A stretch of DNA of 64,000 nucleotides from an uncultured Spirochaetota bacterium (GCA_963768055.1 CAVYGN010000001.1:1632001-1696000); one strand, 5' to 3'; counted from the stretch's first letter, positions 40,346 to 50,809 are shown. Numbers and translations: made by a program. The notes: generated by a model from the sequence alone, not told the origin.

Positions 40346-41066
40346 AGATTTTTCCTCCCAGGTCCTGGTAAAAAACAAACCTGTCGGTCCTGCATAAAAG
40401 TTCGGAATAAAAAGCTTTTTTATTCTGTTTAAAATAGAGTTCTCTTTTTACTGATAGGGCAGGTTCATTGGTTCCAAGGCCGAGAAGCTTTGCCTCCCCT
40501 GCCCTGCAGAATTTTATGCCGAAACTCTGCCTGCCGCCCGCCGGAGTCAAAAAAAATTCATTCTCGATAACTCCTGAAAGGGGTTGTTTTATTAGATCGA
40601 ACTTCTCGATACCCTTGAAAAGGCCGGCATCCATAAATATATCTTCCAGGAGGACGGGAAAACCTTCGGCAATGTTCAGTCTCGACATGTGGTAAACCCG
40701 GATCCCATGAAGAGGATTCGTTTTATCTCCAGGTATTATCAATTCAAGCTTCCTTACCGTTGTCCTTCTGACCTTTATTCCCTCTTTCATGAAGGCGGCG
40801 CTGGTCCCGGCAAGAGAAAAAAGATTAACAGCCTTCGGCGCTTCGCTGACAAAAGTCCCCGAACCTTTGCGTTTCATTATAAGGCCTTTCCGGTGCAGAA
40901 GGTCAAGGGCTTGCCTGACAGTCGGGCGTCCTATCCCGTAACTGCTCGACAAAGCAGTTTCAGAAGGTACCCGGCCGCCCTTTTTCAATTCTCCCGAATC
41001 GATCATTTCCTGAAGGTCCCTGGCAAGTTGAAAATAAAGGGGAAGAGGGGAATCGGGATTGATCAT
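40338..41066 (-). CDS. GntR family (HutC/UTRA type) regulator
   Basis: PLYFQLA, PSE..L...YGIGRPTVRQAL, GSGTFV, UTRA-like C-terminus; GGAGG RBS before ATG 41066. Confidence 0.92.
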   Translation of the reverse strand: MINPDSPLPLYFQLARDLQEMIDSGELKKGGRVPSETALSSSYGIGRPTVRQALDLLHRKGLIMKRKGSGTFVSEAPKAVNLFSLAGTSAAFMKEGIKVRRTTVRKLELIIPGDKTNPLHGIRVYHMSRLNIAEGFPVLLEDIFMDAGLFKGIEKFDLIKQPLSGVIENEFFLTPAGGRQSFGIKFCRAGEAKLLGLGTNEPALSVKRELYFKQNKKAFYSELLCRTDRFVFYQDLGGKIYE

Positions 41067-41094
41067 CGTTTTCCTCCGTAACAGTTTCAATAAG

Positions 41095-41128
41095 ATTATA
41101 AAATATATTTGTAAAGTTGTCAATACAG
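41095..41128 (-). promoter_or_regulatory. Consensus sigma70 promoter with overlapping HutC-like operator
   Basis: TTGACA (41123-41118), 17 bp, TATAAT (41100-41095); CTGTATTGACAA overlaps the -35. Confidence 0.75.
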
Positions 41129-41197
41129 CTTTTAAGAATATTACTAAATATTTTTATACTAATATTAGAATTTAATTATAAAATACATTAAAATTTC

Positions 41198-41282
41198 TTA
41201 AGGGCGGTTATAATACCTCAAGAATATTATCATTTAATATAACATTTTTCTGCTTAACTCCATATGTACTTGCGCCCCTTAA
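41198..41282. repeat. Degenerate MITE-like copy
   Basis: TTAAGGGCGGTT at the left end and GCCCCTTAA at the right; interior divergent. Confidence 0.4.
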
Positions 41283-41325
41283 AGAAGCGTTTTAAAGAAT
41301 CGTTAAAAACTAAAAAGGATCTTTT

Positions 41326-43059
41326 ATGCACCCGCTGGAAAAACATCCTATACCGGAAAAAATTAAAAATAGAATGATCTCGATTCTTATGCCCTTCCTT
41401 AACGAAGAAAAGATAATCGTTAAAAACACCCATGAAGTCATCAATGCCCTGGAGGAAATGGGGCTTAAATTTGAGATCATCCTGATCGACGACGGTTCAA
41501 AAGACCGTTCTTATGAATTACTGGCCGAAGAATTCGCTTTTAACAGCAAAGTCAGGATTGTAAGGAACATGAGGAATTTCGGCAAGGGCTGGGCTCTTAA
41601 AACCGGCTACGAATATTCAAGCGGTTATTACGTGTTGTTCCTGGATTCCGATCTCGAGCTTTCGCCCGGACATATTCCGAATTTTTTCAGGGAAATGGTA
41701 AAAGAAGATGCCGACGCGGTCATAGGGAGTAAACTCCATCCGCAGTCCGTTATCGATTACCCTTTGACGAGAAGGATCATCAGCTTATCCTATTATTTTA
41801 TTATCAGGATATTATTCGGCCTGCCGGTAATGGACTCTCAAACCGGAATAAAGCTTTTTAAGAGGGAGGCCCTGGAGTTGTCCCTTCCCAAAGTACTCGT
41901 AAAAAAATTCGCTTTTGACATCGAACTTCTCATAATTCTTGTTAAAAGAAAGAAAAAAATCGTCCCGGCCCCGATAGAACTCCGATACAGCCGGAAAAAT
42001 TTCGGAAATATAAGGTTTGAAACAGCCATGAACACCCTGATAGACACGGTTGCGATCTTTTTCAGGGACAAGGTTCTCCATTTTTATGACAGGCCTATGG
42101 GGGAAAATAAAAAATATTCTTACACATTTGTACTTTTTCCGGCAAGATACGACGAATATGAAAAAAAGAGCCTTGGGCATTTCCTGAAAATAATGTACGA
42201 CGATTACTGTGCGGTATTGATTGGGAAAAACGACATGGGTGTCAGGGACCAACGCTTGAAATTCTGTAAGTCGGAAGCAGATGATTTCAATACCCGGCTA
42301 ATGGCCGCCTGGAAAAAGGGGTTGATTACGGGTGAAATAATAATATTTTCCACACTTGAGTGTTATCCGGACGAGAGATTTTTATTTTCGGCCGGAAGGA
42401 TATTAAGCATTCCGGAGATCGGCAGTACAGGAGGGTATGTAACCCCCCGGCCGGAACATGCCCCTTTCGAAAACTTCTCATTTTCAGTACTTTCCAGCTT
42501 TTTTCTTAATCTCAACCTCGCATACCGTTATAAGCCCTTGAATTACATGGAAGTCGGCGAACTCCAGCTTAATGGCCTTTTCATTAAAAGAGATTGCCTG
42601 AAAATGGAAAATATGTCAGGAGTACAAAATACAAAGCTCGAATACAGCCTGGGAAGCTGGGTAAGGGTTTGCGGAAGAAAGATCGCTTACAGTCCGGACA
42701 TCATTCTTTACAAAAAGTTCCCGGACAGTCCGAAAGAACTGATCGATTATGTCAGGACAAGTTCTTCCCAGCGTGCCCGACAGTTCAGAAAAAACCGGAT
42801 AAATAAACGCACAAGGATCAGAGACAATTTTTATATACTATCTGTTTTATTACTTATATTTATCCTGGCGGATATCATAGCCCCGTTTTATTTTCATAAT
42901 ATCCTTTTCGCCGCGCCTTTAATCCTGTATTATTCGTTTATGCTCTTTTGCAGGGTATTGTTTTACGGTTTGAAAGACGGGCTGAAGAGCTTCATATACC
43001 TCGCCTATCTTCAGATCGTATATGGCGTCAGGTTCCTGGCGGGCCTGATCGGAAAATAG
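41326..43059 (+). CDS. GT2 glycosyltransferase with a second degenerate GT2-like domain and C-terminal TM helices
   Basis: MPFLNEE, IDDGSKD, NFGKG, LDSD, DSQTGIKLF, FAFDIELL. Confidence 0.88.
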   Translation: MHPLEKHPIPEKIKNRMISILMPFLNEEKIIVKNTHEVINALEEMGLKFEIILIDDGSKDRSYELLAEEFAFNSKVRIVRNMRNFGKGWALKTGYEYSSGYYVLFLDSDLELSPGHIPNFFREMVKEDADAVIGSKLHPQSVIDYPLTRRIISLSYYFIIRILFGLPVMDSQTGIKLFKREALELSLPKVLVKKFAFDIELLIILVKRKKKIVPAPIELRYSRKNFGNIRFETAMNTLIDTVAIFFRDKVLHFYDRPMGENKKYSYTFVLFPARYDEYEKKSLGHFLKIMYDDYCAVLIGKNDMGVRDQRLKFCKSEADDFNTRLMAAWKKGLITGEIIIFSTLECYPDERFLFSAGRILSIPEIGSTGGYVTPRPEHAPFENFSFSVLSSFFLNLNLAYRYKPLNYMEVGELQLNGLFIKRDCLKMENMSGVQNTKLEYSLGSWVRVCGRKIAYSPDIILYKKFPDSPKELIDYVRTSSSQRARQFRKNRINKRTRIRDNFYILSVLLLIFILADIIAPFYFHNILFAAPLILYYSFMLFCRVLFYGLKDGLKSFIYLAYLQIVYGVRFLAGLIGK

Positions 43060-43073
43060 AAAATGTTTTACGC

Positions 43074-43104
43074 AAAAAACCCCGTCCATTTGTAAAGGAC
43101 GGGG
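43074..43104 (-). terminator. Terminator downstream of groES
   Basis: CCCCGTCC/GGACGGGG stem with T6 on the minus strand. Confidence 0.7.
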
Positions 43105-43130
43105 ATGCGTTAAATTGTTATTATCGATTA

Positions 43131-43427
43131 TTAATCCTTATCCTTTACTATGGCAAGGATATCATCGGCTGAAACGATAAGAAAATCAGCTCCGTCGATC
43201 TTGATCTGAGTTCCGGCGTACTTATCGAAAATTATTTCATCCTTGGGCTTAACAGTAATGGGTATCAAATCGCCCTTATCATTGGTCTTGCCTGGTCCGA
43301 CAGCCTCAACTATTCCGGCCTGGGTCTTTTCCTGGGCTGTCTGGGGAATAAAAATTCCGCCTTTTGTTTTTTCTTCGCTTTCCTTTACCTTGATCAAGAC
43401 TCTGTTACCCAAAGGTTTTACTTTCAT
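43131..43427 (-). CDS. groES: Co-chaperonin GroES
   Basis: MKVKPLGNRVLI, KTKGGIFIP, AVGPG, KYAGT. Confidence 0.97.
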   Translation of the reverse strand: MKVKPLGNRVLIKVKESEEKTKGGIFIPQTAQEKTQAGIVEAVGPGKTNDKGDLIPITVKPKDEIIFDKYAGTQIKIDGADFLIVSADDILAIVKDKD

Positions 43428-43502
43428 TATTTCCTCCAATATTATTTTATTTTAGATAATAATTTAACTAAAAATTCAAAAAAGGTCAAGTCCTATAGGG
43501 CT

Positions 43503-44900
43503 TTAGATTTTCTCTTCGTCGCATAAAATCAGCAGGGCCTTTAAAAAATCTCTCCTGCTTTCCGCTATCCGGTAATCTTCGAATTTTTTTATTTTAATCT
43601 TGCCTCCGAGCACGTCTTCGTAGATATTTAAGAGAGGGCCCGATAGTATTGAATAAACCCAATCTCTGGCCATGTTTTTAAGCGCGAATACAACCTTTGC
43701 GAAACCTATTTCATCAACTATGAGATCAACCGAGTCTCCGCCGGAAATTTTTCTCATTACCTCTTTGTTGAAATCCATTTTTCCTACCAGGGGAGCATAT
43801 GTTAAATCTTTAACTTTCCTGTAGAATTGAGCTAGAGAGAGAAACCGCTTTTCCTCGGTAAGCGACCGCGAGAATTCCACATCCTGTCTTATGAGTTCAA
43901 CTCCATCCTTCGATACATATTTTTCAAAGAAGCCTGCTGCATCGTTCCATTCAGCAAATGAAAGGGCTTCTACAAGGACCTTTCTCCTGATTTCCGAAAG
44001 AATGGCTTGAAAATTCGAATCCCTGTCGAAGGCTGCCAGCCATTCCGCAACACTTCTTGCCTGCAGCATATGTTTTGCCGCATTCCGCTCGTAACTCCTC
44101 GATATAAAATCAAGCGCTTCCATCCCTTTGATGATTATATCAAGTTCCCTGGCTGCGGCATACAGGTTTCGATGAATAATGTATTTGACCTCTTCGGACC
44201 AGCGGTATGTGGATTTTAAACGGGCGAGTTTCACTTTTTCAATGACCTGTGCTCTTACCGATTTCGAGAGGTTGTCTGTTATCCTTAATCCGTCGTCTCC
44301 AAGGCCATAGATATATGAAGCAAGCATATCGGCTGATGCTATATTTTTATGGAGAATATGGTTTAACAGCAGTTGAAGGTCCCTGTCCGATACAGATAGG
44401 ATAGAATCGGAAAAATTCGGGGGAGGACCCGATAGTTTCCTGTAAAGAATCTTTTCCAGGGCGCGTATGTGGCCTTCATCGATGAAATCATCCAGGTCGC
44501 TGATAGAATGCCCCAGGATTTTAAATATATTCTTGATATTGCTTTCGAATAGGGACAAAGACCCGGCGAAAACACCAGGACTGCCGTAATTGTAAGGAAC
44601 AGCCAGGTATTTATTAAACAAGTTACCCGAAAACAACGGCGGCCTGACCTGTAAAAAAACTTTTTTGCCGCTTATGAGGGATATTATTTTATAGTTTTCA
44701 ATTTCCTTTGTTACAGTGCTTCGAAGCAATTCAGCTGTCAAATTACCGGCCGCAGCCACGCTTAAAGCTGCACAGTCGTCTACCGAATCCTGTTTACTGA
44801 AGATCCTCACAGCCAGAAGGATGCTTCCGGACGGCCGGCCGGATGAAACTTTATGATATCCCGGATTGAAATTCCGGTTTAATAAAAGATTTCCTATCAT
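43503..44900 (-). CDS. Hypothetical protein with FliG C-terminal-like repeats
   Basis: SVSDRDLQLLL...NLSKSVRAQVIE resembles FliG_C; weaker repeats follow. Confidence 0.5.
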   Translation of the reverse strand: MIGNLLLNRNFNPGYHKVSSGRPSGSILLAVRIFSKQDSVDDCAALSVAAAGNLTAELLRSTVTKEIENYKIISLISGKKVFLQVRPPLFSGNLFNKYLAVPYNYGSPGVFAGSLSLFESNIKNIFKILGHSISDLDDFIDEGHIRALEKILYRKLSGPPPNFSDSILSVSDRDLQLLLNHILHKNIASADMLASYIYGLGDDGLRITDNLSKSVRAQVIEKVKLARLKSTYRWSEEVKYIIHRNLYAAARELDIIIKGMEALDFISRSYERNAAKHMLQARSVAEWLAAFDRDSNFQAILSEIRRKVLVEALSFAEWNDAAGFFEKYVSKDGVELIRQDVEFSRSLTEEKRFLSLAQFYRKVKDLTYAPLVGKMDFNKEVMRKISGGDSVDLIVDEIGFAKVVFALKNMARDWVYSILSGPLLNIYEDVLGGKIKIKKFEDYRIAESRRDFLKALLILCDEEKI

Positions 44901-44920
44901 GAATTAATATTAATTAAGAC

Positions 44921-46150
44921 TTACATGTTTTTCAATATCTCCCCGGCGAATTCGCTTGTCTTAACTTCTTTTGAACCTTCTATCTGCCTCGCGAGGTCGA
45001 AAGTCACCGTCTTGCTCATTATAGTCTTTTCAAGGGCTTTTTTTATAAGATCGCCTGCTTCATTCCAGCATATATATTCAAGCATCATAACCCCTGATAG
45101 TATGACTGAGCCGGGATTGATCCTGTCCTGGTTTGCGTACTTGGGAGCCGTTCCATGGGTGGCTTCAAAAACGGCGTGATGCTCGCCGATATTCGACCCC
45201 GGGGCCATGCCGAGGCCCCCGATCTGGGCTGCTATAGCGTCGGACAGGTAATCGCCGTTCAGGTTAGTTGTAACTATAACATCGTAATCTGAAGGTCTTA
45301 AAAGGACCTGCTGGAACATGCTGTCTGCGATCCTGTCTTTGACAATAACCTTGCCGGATATTTCAGGTCCGGTTATTTCCGACTCGAGAATCACTTTATC
45401 CCTGAATTCCCCCGTGGCTACTTCATAAGCCCAATTCTTGAAAGCGCCCTCCGTATACTTCATGATATTGCCCTTGTGTACGATCGTAACGCTTTTCCTT
45501 TTATTCTTCACCGCATAATCAAGAGCCTTCCTCGCTATACGCTTGCTTCCGAATTCGCTTACAGGTTTTATTCCTATCCCCGAATCTTTTCTTATATCTT
45601 TTTTCATGGTATTTCTTAAAAAGTCAATGACGAGCCCTGCTTCTTTCGACCCTTCCTGCCACTCGATTCCGCTGTATACGTCCTCCGTATTTTCCCTGAA
45701 AATGATCATATCGACATCATCCGGATTTTTAACGGGAGAGGGTGTTCCCTTATAAAACTTAACCGGCCTTATACAGGCGTATAGATCGAGAAGCTGGCGC
45801 AGAGTCACGTTAAGGCTTCTGAAGCCTCCTCCGACAGGAGTTGTCAGGGGCCCTTTTATAGCGACAATATACTCCTTAATAGCCTCAAGCGTCTCGTCGG
45901 GGAGATGGCTTTTGTAAAGGGATTCGGCTTTTTCACCGGCGAAAATCTCCATCCACAAAATCTCCCTTTTCCCGTTATAGGCTTTTTTGACTGCTCCGTC
46001 GAAAACCATTCGGGACGCTCTCCATATATCGGGCCCTGTCCCGTCGCCCTCTATAAACGGGATAATAGGGTTGTCCGGTATGGATAATTTGCCGTTTTCT
46101 ATCGCTATCTTTTTTCCGGCCGCAGGGACTTTGATATGCTGATAATTCAT
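44921..46150 (-). CDS. icd: NADP-dependent isocitrate dehydrogenase
   Basis: [54 protein letters not shown]. Confidence 0.98.
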   Translation of the reverse strand: MNYQHIKVPAAGKKIAIENGKLSIPDNPIIPFIEGDGTGPDIWRASRMVFDGAVKKAYNGKREILWMEIFAGEKAESLYKSHLPDETLEAIKEYIVAIKGPLTTPVGGGFRSLNVTLRQLLDLYACIRPVKFYKGTPSPVKNPDDVDMIIFRENTEDVYSGIEWQEGSKEAGLVIDFLRNTMKKDIRKDSGIGIKPVSEFGSKRIARKALDYAVKNKRKSVTIVHKGNIMKYTEGAFKNWAYEVATGEFRDKVILESEITGPEISGKVIVKDRIADSMFQQVLLRPSDYDVIVTTNLNGDYLSDAIAAQIGGLGMAPGSNIGEHHAVFEATHGTAPKYANQDRINPGSVILSGVMMLEYICWNEAGDLIKKALEKTIMSKTVTFDLARQIEGSKEVKTSEFAGEILKNM

Positions 46151-46184
46151 AAATACCTCTGCCGATAAATAATATTAAAATTAT

Positions 46185-46321
46185 TTAAGGGCGGTTCTAA
46201 AAACTAACATTGTTATTAAAAAAAGATGGTCTTACAGTAATAAAACCGCCCAATGGGCCCTACCTTGCTGCCCAAAAGGGCTTGTCCCCGTAAGGGGGGC
46301 AGTTATTAGAAGGGCCCTTAA
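46185..46321. mobile_element. MITE-like repeat copy 2
   Basis: TTAA flanks; terminal inverted repeats GGGCGGTTCTAAAAACT / GGGCCCTTCTAATAACT. Confidence 0.7.
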
Positions 46322-46370
46322 TATTAATAATAAAGCGGTAAAAAGGCAATTTTGAATATCGAAACACCTG

Positions 46371-46535
46371 CTAACTTCTTTGCGTTCTTTGAGCCTCTGC
46401 TCTGATTAAATTATAAACCATTTTAAACCTCTCCAGAATGATCCTGTCAAGGGCCAAGGGCTCGCAATATTTAAGAACCTCTTTTCTAAGGGCTTGGTAC
46501 TCCTGTTCAAGCATCATCTCCTCTTTATCAGGCAT
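46371..46535 (-). CDS. Small hypothetical protein (54 aa)
   Basis: AAGGAGG RBS; MPDKEEMMLEQEYQALRKEVLKYCEP...; below the ORF-track cutoff. Confidence 0.55.
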   Translation of the reverse strand: MPDKEEMMLEQEYQALRKEVLKYCEPLALDRIILERFKMVYNLIRAEAQRTQRS

Positions 46536-46734
46536 ATGACCTCCTTGATTATTGATAGTCTAGAACATTTCGAGGCCCCCTTAACTCCTCCCCCGTTCTA
46601 TTATTAGTATCCGTTGTTAAAATATAATAAAGATGGAACCTTGAAAAATTAGTTGGAAACCGGATAATTTAAATGGAACTTGTTTTGCTTATTTATGTCA
46701 TACCATCAATGAAGTGTGTTTTAATATGTTTATA

Positions 46735-48786
46735 TTATTTACACATTGATATCAATTCTTTTAACTTTGATTCTATAAGTTTCCAGTCCTCATTATTGCT
46801 TTTATATGAAAACTCCATTATCTTTTTTTTAAAATCAAGTAATGAAATTCTTAATTTATATTCCTTATGAATATCAATTAATACTTGTTTTCCATCACAT
46901 TTAATTATCCATTTAGATTCCCAATCATCTTTAATAGAAGTTATACGTTTTTGGATTTCAGATAATACAACATCTTTTCTAAAATCTGTTTTTATTCTAA
47001 TAGAAGATGCTGCGATTTTATCTAGTATAGAAAATAAATTGTTTACAGTTTCTTCCGGATTATCAGTTAATATTTCTGTTATTTTTATATAAATTTCATC
47101 AGTTAAATATTTAAGTACAACATCTTTTGCTCCAATTTTGTTTATTTGCATAAATGCTATATTTTTTATTATTCCCAACATTGACCCTCTTGTCAATCCA
47201 TCCTGATTTGCTCCGTTTTCTTTGATAACATCAAATATTGTATCAGAATTAAGTAAATAATTTTCAAGGCAATATCTATCCCATTGAAGTAAGATAACAT
47301 TTTTAGTTGATTTCAAACTAGTTGGAAGATTATCAAGATCAAACAAGAATAACTGATATGAGTCAAGTGTACCTTTTTTATCTTCATCTTGAAGAGTTTT
47401 AATATTTTTTTCAATTTCTTTTCTTCCACCTAAATACTTTGCCGCATAACCAGGCATAATGGTAGTAATAGCAAAATCTAAAAGTTCTGTGTCATGAGGA
47501 CCTTCTAAGTAAATAATGCCTTTAGTCGATAATAAATCTGTACTACTTGAGCCTAATTTTTGTAGAACACTAAATACTTCAGCTTTATCCTTTTTATAAA
47601 TTACCGAAATATCATTTCCGGATATTAAATGATAGATTTTGCAATCATTTCTCTCAAAAGCAGTTGCAAACATTTCTGGGCTATGAGTACTAAGAATAAT
47701 TTGTCTATTTTTTACATTACAAACAGTATCAATGAGATAATTTATAATCTTCTTTTGGACTGCTGGATTTAAATGTAGTTCGGGTTCATCAAAAAGAATT
47801 ATTCCATTTTCATTAGTAGTAAGATCCATAAATAGTATAGTTAATAATAAATTTTTTTCGCCAGAACTCATACTATCTATATCGTAATGGCTTCCTTTTA
47901 TAGTATCATTTATCCATATTGAAATATTTCCATTTGGATTTATTCCAACTCCACCAAGATTTTTTCCAGGAAGTAATGAGTCAAATATTAATTCAAATGT
48001 TTCTTCTATCATTTTCTTAGATTCATTACTTGAAAAATACATGTTAATAATAAATTGTTTTATTAATAGGTATTTTGATTGTGGGTTTGCAATATACGAT
48101 TGAAGCTGCTGATTCGCATTTTGAAAACCGATTTGTAACGGTTGATCACCCAAAGGCAAAGATCTATCTGCTGGAAAATAATTAAAATAAGAATATGAAT
48201 ACCCACTTGTCTCACAAAGTATTGCAAGAAACTCTTGATCTAATAAAGAAGAACCAGATATAAGTAGATTATCTATAGTTAAACTTGCAATAGCCTTCTT
48301 TGTAGTCAATAGAGTTTTCAAATAAGAATCGATTTCCAAACGACCTAATTCCATCATCTGTTTTCCAGGTTCACTACTGAGATATTGAGCTTCAGAAAAT
48401 GATTCACGAAAAACAGGAAATCTATTTGTATTTTGCAAATGCTTAATAATCAGATTATTAAAGAAAGATTTTTTTACAGTTTCTATTTCTGATTCCTCAA
48501 TAGAATATTCAATTGATATCTCAAGCTTTTTGGTTCGATCATTTAACAAAGTGTTTGTAATAACACCTTGTTGATTTGGACTAATAGCTTTAATACTAGT
48601 TAAAACCATATTTGTTTCACCTTGTATGTTTGGAAATAAAAAAGCCTTATTTAAACGAATAGCCTCGAAAATGGTTGATTTACCAACAGCATTTGGACCT
48701 ACGATTAAAATTCCTTGAGCATCCGTGTTAAATTCAATATCTTTTATACCTTTAAGATTAATTATTCTAATTTTGGTAATTTTCAT
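46735..48786 (-). CDS. ABC-type ATPase fused to a TOPRIM nuclease (OLD/PARIS-like defence candidate)
   Basis: GPNAVGKS, MSSGEK, FDEPELHL, STHS; then YLEGPHD, FDLD, RYCLENYL, CDGK. Confidence 0.8.
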   Translation of the reverse strand: MKITKIRIINLKGIKDIEFNTDAQGILIVGPNAVGKSTIFEAIRLNKAFLFPNIQGETNMVLTSIKAISPNQQGVITNTLLNDRTKKLEISIEYSIEESEIETVKKSFFNNLIIKHLQNTNRFPVFRESFSEAQYLSSEPGKQMMELGRLEIDSYLKTLLTTKKAIASLTIDNLLISGSSLLDQEFLAILCETSGYSYSYFNYFPADRSLPLGDQPLQIGFQNANQQLQSYIANPQSKYLLIKQFIINMYFSSNESKKMIEETFELIFDSLLPGKNLGGVGINPNGNISIWINDTIKGSHYDIDSMSSGEKNLLLTILFMDLTTNENGIILFDEPELHLNPAVQKKIINYLIDTVCNVKNRQIILSTHSPEMFATAFERNDCKIYHLISGNDISVIYKKDKAEVFSVLQKLGSSSTDLLSTKGIIYLEGPHDTELLDFAITTIMPGYAAKYLGGRKEIEKNIKTLQDEDKKGTLDSYQLFLFDLDNLPTSLKSTKNVILLQWDRYCLENYLLNSDTIFDVIKENGANQDGLTRGSMLGIIKNIAFMQINKIGAKDVVLKYLTDEIYIKITEILTDNPEETVNNLFSILDKIAASSIRIKTDFRKDVVLSEIQKRITSIKDDWESKWIIKCDGKQVLIDIHKEYKLRISLLDFKKKIMEFSYKSNNEDWKLIESKLKELISMCK

Positions 48787-48964
48787 TTTTTACCTCTCTT
48801 GAAATTCTTTATATTATATTTATTGAATTGTCTTAATTTTTTCAACATTATCTTCAGATCGATTTTAATAAATAACTCCAAAGTTTCTTCAGTTATTAAA
48901 GAATATAAATATTTGTTTTATATTTTCTTATTTTTACAAGCCAAACTTAGTTTAATTTTTCTAT

Positions 48965-49666
48965 TTATTGCAATAATATTTCAGATTGGCTATCATCTTT
49001 TATAATATATTTATTAACTAATTCAATAATGGATTTGCATTCTAAAAAAGGATATATTTTACGAATAGCTTCATCTAAAACTGTTAAATTATAATCTCCA
49101 CTCCAGCGTTCTGATTCAGAGATTGTAATATTATTCCCATGCTTTAAATATTTTTCAAGTAAATCCAGACCTAATTCTTTTTGTCCTTTTTCATCTCTAG
49201 CATGCCTTGCTTTTGCTACTGTAGACCATGGATCTCTGCCAGCTTTTTCACCTTTTCCATGTATTAATGATAAGATTCTAGCAACTTTATGAGCCTCATT
49301 TATTGAGTATATTGTACAAGGAACTTTTAAATTATCCCTTTTCCATTCATCTGAAATGGTTTTAATCTTTATTGAGATTTCTCTTGGGATTTCGATTTCA
49401 GTTAAAAATCCATGTAAGATTTTTAATGATGCTACTCTACGATTTCCCTCTTTTACAAGATGAATTCCTTTGTCAAACATAATAATGATATTTTCTGTAG
49501 GGAAATAACCATTATCTAATAGGCTTTCTAGCAATCCCCAAAAATAATCAGGACTTATAGCAATCATAGTATTAACAGCATCTATATCACTTTTTTTATG
49601 GATTGTTCTGAAATTATCAAGATCTAATGATAATTTATCAACAGAGATTTCCCCTAATGTTGGCAT
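48965..49666 (-). CDS. ParB/Srx-like N-terminal domain protein, possibly truncated
   Basis: LSLDLDNFR and VKEGNRRVASLK motifs. Confidence 0.6.
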   Translation of the reverse strand: MPTLGEISVDKLSLDLDNFRTIHKKSDIDAVNTMIAISPDYFWGLLESLLDNGYFPTENIIIMFDKGIHLVKEGNRRVASLKILHGFLTEIEIPREISIKIKTISDEWKRDNLKVPCTIYSINEAHKVARILSLIHGKGEKAGRDPWSTVAKARHARDEKGQKELGLDLLEKYLKHGNNITISESERWSGDYNLTVLDEAIRKIYPFLECKSIIELVNKYIIKDDSQSEILLQ

Positions 49667-49843
49667 GAATATATCCTAAAACAATGATCTTAAAAAGTTA
49701 TATTCTATTATATATCGCCAATAACCTATATGAATATAAATATATAACAACAATTTATTATTATTTTGTTGAATTGGAAGGTTGCAGTTCGGCAGGTTTA
49801 GTGACCCAAGGTCAGCATTTTTGAGGATACTTAAATTCTATAA

Positions 49844-50356
49844 TTAATTATATTTTTCTCTTAAGAATTCAGATTGTCTTTCAAGTTCTGGGAAAAATGC
49901 TCGTTCATTTATTCCTATTCTATTTAACTCATCAAGAATTTTTGCTTTTTAATAAATAAGAAACTTATTTTTATCTTCTTTTAACAAAATCCAATCTTGA
50001 TTAAGGATAGCCGGGTTATTTTTTTATAATTTATACCAAATAAAAAGAAGGCGCCTTCTTGTCTTAAAATTCGTTGATTATTCATTTTAAGACGTACACA
50101 TATAACTGAATTAATAGTTTTAGGATCTATTAAAGGTAAAAAGTATGGTTTTTCACTTTTAATTTCATGTAGAAGAGTTTGCATTTCAGGGGTTTCATTA
50201 TTGAAATTTTCAATTTCATCATTATTTAAAATTAGGGAATCCTTTAGTATATTAAAACTAAAAGGTCTTTTTGATATATTGGAAATAATTGAAACACTAT
50301 CACTTTCATAAAGTCGAATTTCCTTCTTAGGTATTCTAAAAAACTATTACTTCCAC
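49844..50356 (-). pseudogene. FRG-domain protein, C-terminal remnant
   Basis: EVIVFRIPKKEIRLYESDSVS, LLHEIKSEKPYF, NNQRILRQEGAFFLFG, ILDELNRIGINE..FFPEL; frameshift and stop, 5' part missing. Confidence 0.7.
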
Positions 50357-50374
50357 ACATTAAGGATTATATTG

Positions 50375-50506
50375 ATGCCTAAAAAAGAGAAAAAGAAAAG
50401 AAAATCAAAATATGACAAACCCTTCTCACTTTATCCGTTGAATCCAGATCAGGCACTGGAAATATTTATGAGCATCCCGCTGGAAAAGGTCAAGGAAATT
50501 AAGTAG
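50375..50506 (+). CDS. Small basic hypothetical protein (43 aa)
   Basis: MPKKEKKKRKSKYDKPFSLYPLNPDQALEIFMSIP... Confidence 0.45.
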   Translation: MPKKEKKKRKSKYDKPFSLYPLNPDQALEIFMSIPLEKVKEIK

Positions 50507-50581
50507 AAATAGAAAATTGCTATTGACAATATTTTCCTCCACATTATACTTTTACCAAAATTCTTAAAGGAGGAATTGAAA

Positions 50582-50809
50582 ATGGCAGACTTTAAAGTCG
50601 GTGATGTTGTTAGATTAAAAAGTGGTGGACCTGATATGACCATCATTGAAATTTATGGAGATTCAAAAAACACCCCAAATGCTTATGTAGCCAGATTAAA
50701 ACATAGGATAGAAGGAGATTTGGTTTGTCGTTGGTTTGATTCAGGAAAGCAAACTGTTGATTTCTTTGGGCCAAACGAAGTGGTACTTATTCCTTCGGGG
50801 CAACAGTAA
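50582..50809 (+). CDS. YodC/DUF2158 family protein
   Basis: FKVGDVVRLKSGGPDMTI...CRWF; GGAGG RBS. Confidence 0.85.
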   Translation: MADFKVGDVVRLKSGGPDMTIIEIYGDSKNTPNAYVARLKHRIEGDLVCRWFDSGKQTVDFFGPNEVVLIPSGQQ

